A stretch of DNA of 64,000 nt from assembly GCA_040357565.1 (NCBI GenBank), contig JBDODJ010000061.1; one strand, given 5' to 3'. Shown piece after piece: positions 30,171-41,149 of the stretch; the first letter of the stretch is position 1, and each line of letters begins with the position of its first letter. The translations under genes were made by a program, and so were the position numbers. Source of the stretch: Cercozoa sp. M6MM. Taxonomy: Eukaryota; Protista; Endomyxa: Ascetosporea. A model generated the notes under the pieces. The model was not told the origin of the DNA and searched no databases. It saw nothing but the letters and a program-made list of their open reading frames with translations.

Positions 30171-33100
30171 ATGCGCAGTGGCGAGGAGAATTGGCGCCAC
30201 CCGGCGCGTTCTCTCATCTTGGGTGCTCGAGGAGGTAGCAATTTATTTGTTTTTGTCTTTTTGCGCCGTGAGAAGAACGCGTTTTTTGCTGCATTAGGAT
30301 CCGTCGCCGCCACGCAAGCACAACAACGCGGCGACCGTGGCTGACCTTCGTCGCATCTTTGAAGAGAATGGCGACATGTGCGTTTTGCTTTGCGTTGGTA
30401 CTGCTGGCTGACTGACTGGTGTGTCTGCACAGCGAGTCGTTCACGCCGGAGGACCCGCTGGACGGCCCTGCGCGCAACACGCTGCTCGGTGAGACGTCGA
30501 TGGTTCGTCTGCGTACGGGCAAGCAGGACCTCGATACGGCGGTAGGATTTTTGTTGAGTTGAGTTGCTTTGAGCTGAGTTGAGTTGCTCTGAGTCGAGAT
30601 GAGTTGAGTTTTGCTTTGCAGGTGATGACGACGCCGAACTACGCCGAGTCGGAAGCGATGACGGTGACTGGTTCCGACTGGGTGTACCGTCCGTCGCTCG
30701 ATCGCGCCGATCGCTCGTACGGTTCGCACTACACGGAGCGACAGGCGCGTGAGTTGTCTGCAATGACTTCGGTACGACTGGCTTTCGCTTTGAGTTGCTT
30801 TGCGATGAGTTGAGTTGAGTTGAGTTGAGTCGACTTGAGTTGCTTGTGCGCAGGAGCACCGCGTGCGCCAGCTGCGGCAGAACGTCGTGGAGGACATCCA
30901 GGCGGAGCATGCGCAGCTGCGCGAGCGACTGTACGGCGAGTTCCTGCAGTCGGACGGCGCTGGTCTGCAGCTGCAGCAGGAGCTGGGTACCTGGGCTGCT
31001 GTACCCTCTGCTTACTTCCCTTTACCCCCCTGCTTGCAGGCGAAATGACGGAGGAGCAAGTGAAGCAGCAATTCGAGCAATGGCTCCAGTCCTCGCGATC
31101 CGAGCAGAAGTAACATTCTTACTCCCCCCTTCCCCTCCCTACCCCTTGCCGTGCAGATGGTCGTCGGCGATGGTGAAGGCACTGGACGCCGTGGCGCAAG
31201 GCTACAGCATCGAGGAGCTGCTGCCGCAGATGCGTGTGCACGAGCGAGTCACTCTGCTGGGTGCCATGGGCCAGATGGACCGCGCCTGGGACCAGGTGGC
31301 GCAGCTCCAACAGGACGCGCAGCAGGTCGACGGCGAGCTCGTACCCCCTACCCCTTTACCCCTCCCCTTTAGCCCCTCACCCCCACCCTGGCAGAACGAG
31401 CAGCTCGAACTGGCCGAGTTCGCGTTCGCGCAGCGACTGCACCGCATCAACGACGGTTTCGACTGCGACGGTACCTCTTGCTTTAGGTGGCTGTGTGTCT
31501 GGTCGATCAAGACCGAACGGTACTGGACCGAAACCGTCCTTGCTTCCTCACTCAGGTAAGACACGTGCGCGTGCTGAGTTCGCCAAGCGTCGCTTCCGTC
31601 TGCCGACGGATCAGGTGCGACTTGCCCCCTCCCCCCCCCTCCACCCCTTTACCCCCCCCCTTTCCCCCCCCCCCCCCCCAGGCGCTGCGTGACTGGCTCG
31701 ACAAGCGTCGTCAGGAGCGTTTCGACCGCGAGAACGCCGTGCGATCGGTAGGCCGATTTCTATCTTACGGGGCACTAGGATTCTTTAGGGGGTGGTATTA
31801 AAGGGTGATATGGTTAAGAGGCTGTGATATGTACAGGTGGCACGCGACATTGTCGAGCGTGCCAACACGTGGGAGAGCGAGGACATCACGCGCACCATCG
31901 AGCAGCAGGACGACGAGTGGGCCGACTGGAACCCGAAGCTGCCCTTCCCGGCGCTCAAGCGCGACGAGCTGCGCTTCGAGATGGCCGAGCACGGTTTCAT
32001 CCCCCACCCTACCCTCTTACCCCTACCCACCCTCTTCCCCTACCCTATCTCCTACCCCCCCGTACAGGTCGCGCGCAGACGCTCTTCACGAAGTTTGCTG
32101 GCGTTGACTTCGACGACATGGTGGAGCAGGTGTCTTGCGTTTTACCACCCCCCCCCCCCCCCCGTCGCCCCGTTTCCCCCCCCCCCCCCCCAGTTGCCGC
32201 CGCTGGAGCACCGTCTGCGCGAGACGCGCAGCAAGGCGATTCGCAAGATGCGTTTCCGCAACCGTCACGACACCGATCGGTATCAATTGGATCAGTCAGT
32301 CACGTGGTCACACAGGGGTGGGTCATACTGGGTGGGTCACTGAGGATTGCCACGTGCGCAGCTACCCGTTCCAGCAGAAGGATCAGTTCGGCCTGCTGCG
32401 CCGCGAGCGCAAGGGCATCATGGGCTTCCAGGTACACAAGTTGTCCTGTTGGACGGATGAGTGGTCCATTTGGACCGACGTGTGTGCGTGTCCGTTTGGA
32501 CCGACATGTGTACCGGTGAGGACAGGCGTTTTTGTCGCGCGGCGATCTGTCGCAGCGCAAGTCGCTGTCGGAATTTGCGTTCGACCCGCGCTTCATGCCG
32601 CAGACTGTGCGTTTATACCCCCCCCCCCCCACACACAGCCCCTACCCTTACCCCCCTGTCCTCAGGTGACGCCAGGCAGTGCGTGGCCGTCGACGCTGCA
32701 GGTGAAGCTGACGACCTACCTGCCCGAGGATCTGGAGCGAGCCACGCTGCGACTGGTCGAGGAGATGGGCCATCTGAGTCGGTACCCGCGATCCCATCCT
32801 CCCTTACCCCTACCCCCCATCCCCCTTTACCCCCTCCGCCCGCAGTCGTCGCCGCATGCGCGAGCCGGTGCGCGAGTTGTTGGTGACGGGCGTGTCGACC
32901 AACACGCCGGCCATGAAGGCGGCCGGCACGCACCGCAGTGAGGTGCTGCACCACAAGCTGCGCGTCTTTGTCGGCGCCTTCCTGCGACAGGAGGTGGCTT
33001 TACTACCTGTTTACCCCCCCCTCTTACCTCCCCTGTTACACCCGTCTTACCCCCCTGCAGCTGCTGAAGGACGCGCAGGCAGCGGGCAAGAGCGAGAACG

Positions 33101-36010
33101 ACGAGTTGCTGGCCGAGTTGGACGCGCAGGTGGCTCCGCTGGTGGCCAACATGAGCATCGAACGCAAGGGCGACTGGTACCTTTTCACTGGGGACACGTA
33201 GCTCACTCGGGGCACTGGGTGTGTGACCCATGGGTGTGTGTGACACGTGTGACACGTGCGCAGCTTCTGGCTCACGCTGCCGCACAGCGAGTCGGAGCAG
33301 TCGGGCCAGCTCGGAGTGACGTACCGTGCCACGCGCGAACTGCTGCGCCGACTGCACCTAGACAAGCAGCAGCGCCTGCGTCGCTTCCTGGAGCTGCCTG
33401 GTACCTCTTCCTTACCCCTACCCCTCCCCTTCTTACCCCTACTTCACATCTTACCCTCCGTACTCCCAGTGCGTGAGTGCGTGCCGGACAATGTGATGAC
33501 GGCGGCCAATCAGGACCATCCGCTGATTGCCAAGTACTTTACTATCTGCCAATCTTGTTGTATATTGGATGAACACGCTTGTTCGACAGGTACGTCGATC
33601 GCGGTCGCGACTACCGCATCGACACTGAGTTCGACGTGGATCTCGACGTGGCGCGCTCTGCGTCGGTACTACCCTTTACCCTCTTACCTTTTTAACCCTC
33701 CTACCTCCCCCTCCTGCAGTCGGTACTGGGTCACTACCCGCGTGCCGACACGGAGCAAGGTCGCGCCATGCTGGACGAGGCCGTTGACGACGCGCGCGCG
33801 CAGAAGCGACGCGGCAGTGGTTTTACCCCCCCCCCATTTACCCCCTTTCCCCTCTTCCCCGCCCCCCCCCCCCCTGCAGGCTCGCTGGACACGGACCTGA
33901 GCGATCTGCTGGACGCGCAGGACGATGAGCTGCAGCAGCGTATCGAGCAGTGGCTCGAGTCCAACGGTAGTCTGTCCATGTTGGACCTGTCCATATGGAC
34001 CAGTGATTAAGTGGGATGTATACTATTGCTGTGTGCGCAGAGGCGGGCGCATCACTACGCGCGCAACTCGGCGCCGCCGCCGGTCGTCGTCGCTTTGACC
34101 GTACATTTTTTATTTAGGGGGTGCAGATTAGTTAGGGGGTATTGATGGGGTTGGTTAAGGGGGCCTTTATCTTGATTAAGGCTGCGTATGCCAATAGGTG
34201 CCGTGACGGCGGCACTGGAGCGTCTGATTCCGCAGCTGCAGGCGTCGGTGGGTCCGTCGCTCCTGTCGCGCGACGATGTGGCCGACGAGTCGTCGCTGGT
34301 ACCCCTCACCCCCACCCCTTCCTTTACACCCTTTACCCCCCCCCCCCCCAGCTGCCCGAGTTCCGGTACTGGCTGCCGTCGCCGGCGCAGCGACGACACG
34401 GCGCTGCGCGCGTCTACCACGCCAAGTTGGCGGTATACCCCCCTGTTTACCCCCCCCCCCCCCTGTTTACTCCTCCCCGGGATGAGTAGGCGGCGCGAGC
34501 GGCCAAGCTGCTGACGGCGCAGCAGAAGGCCGACGTCGAGAGGCAACTGATGTCGCTGCTGTCGCACGAGGTGGCCGAGGCGTTGCAGCGTGGCGAGGAG
34601 GTAGCCCCCACCCCTACTTCCTCACTCCTTTCCCCCCCCCCCCCCCCCGTACAGCTGACGACGGGCGCGTCGGAGGCCATGGAGAACGCGGCCAGCGAGG
34701 GTCATCTGCTCGAGATGGTACCAAGTGACAGGACAACTGGACAGTCTGTGGACTTGATATGTCTGTACATTTGTACGGTACAGGTGGGCGGTACTATGGC
34801 ACAGTCGGTGCGTGGACACGCCGAGTTGCGTCAGCAGTTGCTGCAGCGTCTGCAGGAGCACCGAGTCATCTCGCAGGAGGTTGGCCTTCCTGTTTACCTC
34901 CCCCATCTCTCTCATCTGCCATTACTATTGATGTGCACAGGAGGCCGATAAGTTGCGTGCCTCGCACAGTGAGGGTTCCCTGCCCTGTGTTTGCTTCGAG
35001 GTGTGTCGTTACGGTTTGTGTGATAGAGGCCTTCCGCGCGGAGGAGAACTACGTGCCGCAGGGCTCGCGCGACAGCATGGCGACGGACCTGCTCACGGAT
35101 CGCATGCTCGGCGGCGGTACTGCTGTTTTATACCCCCCCTTTCCCCCCCCCCCCCCATTTTACCCCCCTGTTTTGATAGGCGAATTCGGCGACGAGGTGT
35201 TCGATCCGCAGCTGCAGGGCCATCCGTTCGAGCAGCAGTTCCCGGTACTTATCCCCCCTGTACATTCCTTTACCCCAGTTACCCCCCCCCTCCCCGGCAG
35301 GGAAGCACGCTGACGAACGACAGGCAGGACACGGCGTTTGAAGAGTTCTCGCCGCGCGCACAGGCGCACACGCGCGTCGACACGGCGCATGTGGGTAGTT
35401 TTACCCCCACCCTTGCCCTCCCCTTTTACCCATGTCTCTATGTCTCTGGTAGGCTATGATGAGCCGTCGCTCGATCACGATCACATTCCGCGACGCAGTC
35501 ACGCCGATGCTGATCCGTCGGGCAACCAGGTGATTCTTACCCCACCCACCCATTTATCCCTTGTATGGTTGTGTCTGTAGGGTGAGGCGCACCCGGTGCG
35601 TGTCTCATGGATCGAGTCGCAGATCTACGGTAGGTCTTGTGCTGTTGTTTTACCACCCCCTTACCCCCTACCCCTTGGTTAGGTGACGAGAACGACGACT
35701 TCTCGGCCGTGGACGACGAGGCCGACTTCACGATGCTGTTGGAGCGACCTGAGGCGCGATACGAGGCCACGACGGTGCTTTACCCCCCTCCCCGCTTAAC
35801 CCTCTCCTTACCCTCCCTGTGTCTGCAGCGTGCCTTCAACCCGAACATGATGTTCATGAAGACAAACCGGCGCCTCAAGGACTTCACGATGCGACGTTGC
35901 TACCTGTCGTCGCCGCACGTCCACGCCAAGTTCGGCAAGGAGCACTGGGAGCTCCGCTACGTGCGCGTACTACCTGCTCTTCTTTTCTGTTGTACATACG
36001 TAAGATATAG

Positions 36011-36041
<31 letters not shown>

Positions 36042-36164
36042 GCACAGCAATCCCTTACTTTCGAGAACGTGCCGCCCGAGGACCGCGAGGAGATCACCAA
36101 GATGCTCCGCACGCTCGCAGGTGCGCAGGTGGCCGTCAACTACAAGTTCACCGAGCTGCTCTAA
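30171..36164 (+). CDS. MRPS10: Giant (~38 exons, ~1,200 aa) protein with C-terminal ribosomal uS10 domain; probable mitoribosomal uS10m
   Basis: C-terminal RRLKDFTMRRCYLSSPHVHAKFGKEHWELRYVRQSLTF matches the uS10 LxSPHVxK..E.[FW]E.R signature; continuous in-phase splicing of GC3-rich exons; TAA 36162-36164. Exon count and length are manual estimates. Confidence 0.7.
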
Positions 36165-36606
36165 GAGCTCTACTAACCAGGGTTTATCGGTGACCGGTCT
36201 GACGCCTTTGTCTTCGGTTTCAGTTCGAGTCTTATCTTACGCGTTTCGATTTATACCTCGGGTCGGGTCGGGTAGATGTACAGGCATATCGTATATCTGT
36301 ATATCGCGGGACAAGCAGGACGATGAGATGCAATGCGACTTAAAGCGCGACTCAAACCTGGCACAGAAAGCGAGATGATGGGATACCTCGCTTCCGTTGC
36401 TTTTCTTTCCAGAATCATTTGATTCTGTCGCTTCGTCTATTTGACGACTTACTTCTTTCATTTAGTTCTTTTCACTGACAACCGTCAGTAACACTAGCAA
36501 CAACTAACTCCTTCAGTTAATGGTCGCGAATCACTCGAAGTCGAAAGTGAGCGATTCGCGGGTGACTCGACTCGTGGACCTTGATCAGTCGACTCGTGGA
36601 CCTTGA

Positions 36607-37159
36607 TCAGTCGACTCGCGGCGGCAACATGCTGGACGGCAACTGGAAGCCAGGCGCCTGCTTACGCTCGCGGCGACGCTGCTGCACCTGCTGCGCGATG
36701 GCGGCAGCACTGCCGGACTGCAGCTGGCCCTGTTCACACAGACAAAAATAAACATTTACCACACACATGTGTTATGCACATTTGTGTCGTGCGGATGTCT
36801 TGTGTGGATGTACCAAAACGTTATCGACAACATCATCGCCACCAGCGCCAGCCTTCTTGGTCGGCTTCTTCTTGGTCTATGTTGAGACAAGGTATGCGCA
36901 CAAGCGAGAGACCCCCGTATACATAGAACAGAGTGAGGGCACCCACGCGGCCTTGGATCGCGCCTCTCGCTCGCGTGCCTTCTGCGCTGCGTCCAAAAGG
37001 TCACCTTGCCGCTTGAAGTCCCTGTCAACAGGTCAGAAAAGACATGGAACACACTTCCTCAGTCCAGTTGATGGCACACAAAGAAAACGCACTGCGAAAA
37101 GTCGCGGAACACGGCGAACAGTGCCTCCCATTTCATCGAGTTCTTGCGCTCGCCGAACC

Positions 37160-37210
<51 letters not shown>

Positions 37211-37890
37211 ATGGGTGTGTATAGGGGGGGGGGGGTTGGGGGGGGGGGGGGGTAGGAACAGAGGCAACCTGTGCCGTGTCGTCCGTGTCGTCGACGGCAG
37301 CCTGGAGTCGCTTCTCGAGTGCTTCCACCTTGGCCGAGGCCTCCTCATGGAAGCGGCCCATCACAGGTCCGAATCGGTCCTCGGGCGGTGCATTGGCGGC
37401 CGCCTTAAGCATGTTGCCGATCTTGCGCACATCACGTGCCAGCACCGTCACCTAGGGAAGGGTAAAGTGGGTCAACGGGTAAGATTGGTATAGATATAGC
37501 ACCTCCTGCTTGAGCGCGTCCATCTCACTGCGCGTGTCTTCGAGCGGCGCCAGGTCGTCGCGGAACTTGAGTGCGTCGGGACGATCGCGTCGCAGCACCT
37601 GCACCAGGTACTGCAGAAGATTGCTCTTGTTGTCCTTGGTCTTGGTGGACGAGAGCTTCTTGAGTGTGTTGAGCTTGAAGCCATAGGCGCCGCCGTCCTT
37701 GGTGCTGCCGTTGAGGTAGTTGCCCAGTCGCAGCACAAAGGCGAACACGTCGCGCAGTGCCTCGCTCTGCCGCAGTGCCTTGAGCGACGCCTCCACCTGC
37801 ACCAGCTGCCGATCCGCGTCCTCGAACATCTCGCCGAACTGCAGCGAGAAGTAGAACAACGACAGGCGCTGCTGGATATTCTTGATGTCC
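36607..37890 (-). CDS. Formin (FH2 C-terminal half + DAD), 5' part lost in gap
   Basis: LRLGNYLNGSTKDGGAYGFKLNTLKKLSSTKTKDNKSNLLQYL (FH2 GNxxN motif), WFGE...LFAVFRDF, DAD-like DDVVDNVLGQLQSG...QRRRERK; TGA 36607-36609. Confidence 0.95.
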
Positions 37891-37908
37891 TGCCAGGGGG
37901 GGGGGGGG

Positions 37909-38008
37909 NNNNNNNNNNNNNNNNNNNNNNNNNNNNNNNNNNNNNNNNNNNNNNNNNNNNNNNNNNNNNNNNNNNNNNNNNNNNNNNNNNNNNNNNNNNN
38001 NNNNNNNN
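37909..38008. other. Scaffold gap (100 N) between G-run and long (TG)n
   Basis: N run; the 5' ends of both flanking genes point into it. Confidence 0.99.
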
Positions 38009-38148
<140 letters not shown>

Positions 38149-38189
38149 TGGGTGTGTGTAAGTAACTATGGAGTGTTGTGCCTATTCAG

Positions 38190-38981
38190 TTGCTGAAGAA
38201 CACACACCGGTATCACCCGGATCGTCAGTCTTTAAGGAGGGTAAACACAGTATACCACCACTCTTTCACATTCTCCGCTCTTAGTTCATGTGTGTGTAGG
38301 CGCTCAAGAAGATCAAGCAGTCGGCAGATCATGTTAACGAACAAGTGAGACGTGGCGAGAACATTGAACGGTGTGTTAATTTGTACACAAGTCCGCGCAA
38401 CTACAGTGAACCCATCCACGTGCTTGTGTAACTGTTGTGTACACAGGATCCGCGAGTTAGAGGCCGCGTTCATCACGAATCCGCACTTTTTATCTCCAAG
38501 TCGACTGCTGCTGAAGCGCGGTCCACTGCTTAAAAAGGGCAGCAAGGTGCCACAATCGCTTTAACTTGTGTGGGTGTCCTGTACTCGTTACTTTGGTTGC
38601 TCTCTGTGTCGGTGTTTGTGCAGGGCAACTCGCGCTACGAGTTCATTTTGTTCAACGATCAGCTGGTGTATGCTAAACCTTTCGCCGGCGGCAAGTTGCG
38701 TCTGCACGCGCGAATTCCGCTGGATCGGTGTGTGTGTGTTTTCGGCCTAAACATTCGTGTTTTCATGTATGTGTGTTTGTGCAGTGCCTTTGTGATCACG
38801 GAACAGTCATCAGTCCAGGCTACAGTAGGCGACAGTGATGATAAGTACCGTGTCTTTCCGGGGGGAGACTAAGCTTACTACCCTTCTGTTTGGGTGGTCA
38901 GTTTCTTGTCGGCAGCAGTGCGAACACGCGGTCGAAGTTTCTTCCGGCGTAGTCGGTCTCCGTCCAGGTCAGTCTCCTGTC

Positions 38982-39053
<72 letters not shown>

Positions 39054-40949
39054 TGTGTGTGTGTGTGGGTTTGTGTGTGTGTGGGTGTGTGTGTGTGGGT
39101 GTGTGTGTGTGTTCAATGTGGGTGTGTGTGTGTGCAGTGCGCACTCGGGCGAGTCGCTCGAGTTCGTCATCAACAACTCGGTCAAGTCCTTTGTAGTGCA
39201 AGCTGCCTCGCCGCAGGATAAGCAGGTATGTAGTCTATATATCTATGTGGCCCTTTATATATATATATATATATGCATATATGCCCAGGACTGGATGACG
39301 GCCCTGCAAACGGCCTGGGAACACCAGGCTGCCACGGTGCGCATGTCACAGTCCACCGCCGCTGCCGCTTCTGTTGTGTGTTTGTCCACTTCTTAACCCC
39401 CTCCTTTGTTGGTATGTTCGCAATATGAAACCCTCAGGTAAGGCCAAAGAATCGAACACGCGACGTGTGCGTCCTTTGCCAGCGCAGTTTCGGTTTACCC
39501 CCCTCTTACCCCCTTGCCCCTGTCTGTATCACCTCCCCATAGGTCTAATGCGGCGCAAGCACTGCTGCGAGGACTGCGGACGCGTCGTCTGCTCCGACTG
39601 TTCGCAGCATCGGATGCAGGTACTTGCCATGGTCACTCTCTGACTGTGAGGGTGGTCACTCTGACACGAACACATAGGTGGCAAGGCTATTAGCACGTGG
39701 CGACGATAGTCTGCACCGTGTTTGCGATCGGTACCGCGTGAGCCCCGCCCGTTTACCCCCTCCCACAATTACTCCTCTCCGTTTACCCCATTTGCCCTCG
39801 CCCTGGTGTCGTAGTTGTCATCAGAAACACGAGTCGCATGAGGCTGAAAAAGCGACGGTTAGTGGCGATGTCGGTGGCCACGAGGAGTCCTCAGTGACCG
39901 ACAGATCAGTCGCCGGGACAGAGGTACTTGTGTCGGGTAGGCAGGGTGCTGGTAGTAGTCTGTGCAAGGAACAAGCTTGTTTAGTCGACTCATTCGCGAC
40001 ACAACTCGACGGCGCAGATGCAGTTGTCGCGCGAGCAGGCACTTGTGCAGGGTAGTACTTTTACCCCATCTTACCCCCCTCTTACTCCTTCTTACCCCCG
40101 ACAGAGGCGGAGAAGAACTTCCGGCGACTACAGGGAGCGCAGTTGGGTCTGCCGCCACCCACGTCGGTACTAACTCCCAGTGTCACACCTTGAATGATCG
40201 ATCTCACCGTCAGTCAGTGTGACACACGTATGACACATGTGACACGTATGTGTGTGTGTGTATGTCGAACAGGCAGCAGCACCTGCGAAACCGTCCAAGC
40301 CGAAACTGCGATCGACACGGTTCCTGCGACCGCCGCTGCGACCACCCAAGGTACCTCTTACCTGCTACTCGTTTACTCTCTTAACCTTTACCCCCCCCCC
40401 CGCTACTTGTACAGCTGCAGCGACGCGAGTCTTATTCGGAACTACAGCAATTGGTACCAAGATCAGGGGTAAAGGGGTTAAGTGGGATGGTAATTCTTGG
40501 CGTGGACAGCTCGATGTGACGGCAACGAGCACCACGAGTCGTCTCTCGGCGGCCACTTCGGTGGACTCTCTGGGCGATGACATCACCGAAGGTACATGGT
40601 ACACTGTCCAACAGAGTAGACTCCCAGCATGTTTTGTCGACTCAGTACGAGGCGGTACGCCGATGAAACCCTTTGACTCGGACTCCGACTCAGACACTGA
40701 GGTGAAACACCAACGGCAGCAACAACAGCACAGCGAAAAGTCGTCTGTGTCGAGTGGCACGCCTTCTGTCCGAGTCACTGTCACCAACACGAGTGCACCT
40801 GCCCTGCCGGTACCTGCTTTCACAAAGAACGTTTGACTGGTCGCGTGACCAGTCGCCTGTAGCCTGACTGGACTGATTGGATGTTTCCAACACAGGTACC
40901 ACGACGACCAAGGCGGCCAGCACCGCCTGCCCCCCGTCCCGGCGTTTGA
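38190..40949 (+). CDS. DH-PH-FYVE RhoGEF (FGD/frabin-like), 5' part lost in gap
   Basis: DH end [11 protein letters not shown]...[11 protein letters not shown]; [38 protein letters not shown]; [33 protein letters not shown]...RVCDRC; Pro-rich tail; TGA 40947-40949. Confidence 0.92.
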
Positions 40950-41007
40950 AATGCCGATTAAATTAAGTATGATGAGTTCGGTCTGACGTTCACGCAGAGC
41001 GACTCGA

Positions 41008-41149
41008 CTGGATGGCGACGTTAACTTTGTCGAGAGCTGTATTTAACATAATTCTCAGCGGGCGGTAGACACAGCCATGCTTTTGCGACCCACCCCGGAC
41101 TGATGCAGGGGAACTCTTATTTGGTTTCATGTAAGCTCGACTAACTAAC
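41008..41149 (-). ncRNA. Candidate structured ncRNA / mobile intron, copy B (H/ACA snoRNA-like)
   Basis: Homologous to copy A. Minus strand: GTTAGT start, hairpin, AAAGCA H-box, 8-bp stem GGCTGTGT/ATACAGCT, ACA, CATCCAG end. Confidence 0.5.

Noticed and set aside
40969-41103. C/D snoRNA on plus strand (ATGATGA...CTGA; CGGGCGGT antisense to SSU rRNA)
   Set aside because: Boxes are not conserved in the homologous copy and there is no terminal stem; kept only as a minor alternative.
41030-41145. TPP riboswitch or SECIS in the MFS 3' region (GGGGTG...GCTGAGA; ATGA)
   Set aside because: The second half of the TPP aptamer is absent, and neither GCTGAGA nor ATGA is conserved in the 13.2 kb copy; no in-frame TGA in the gene.
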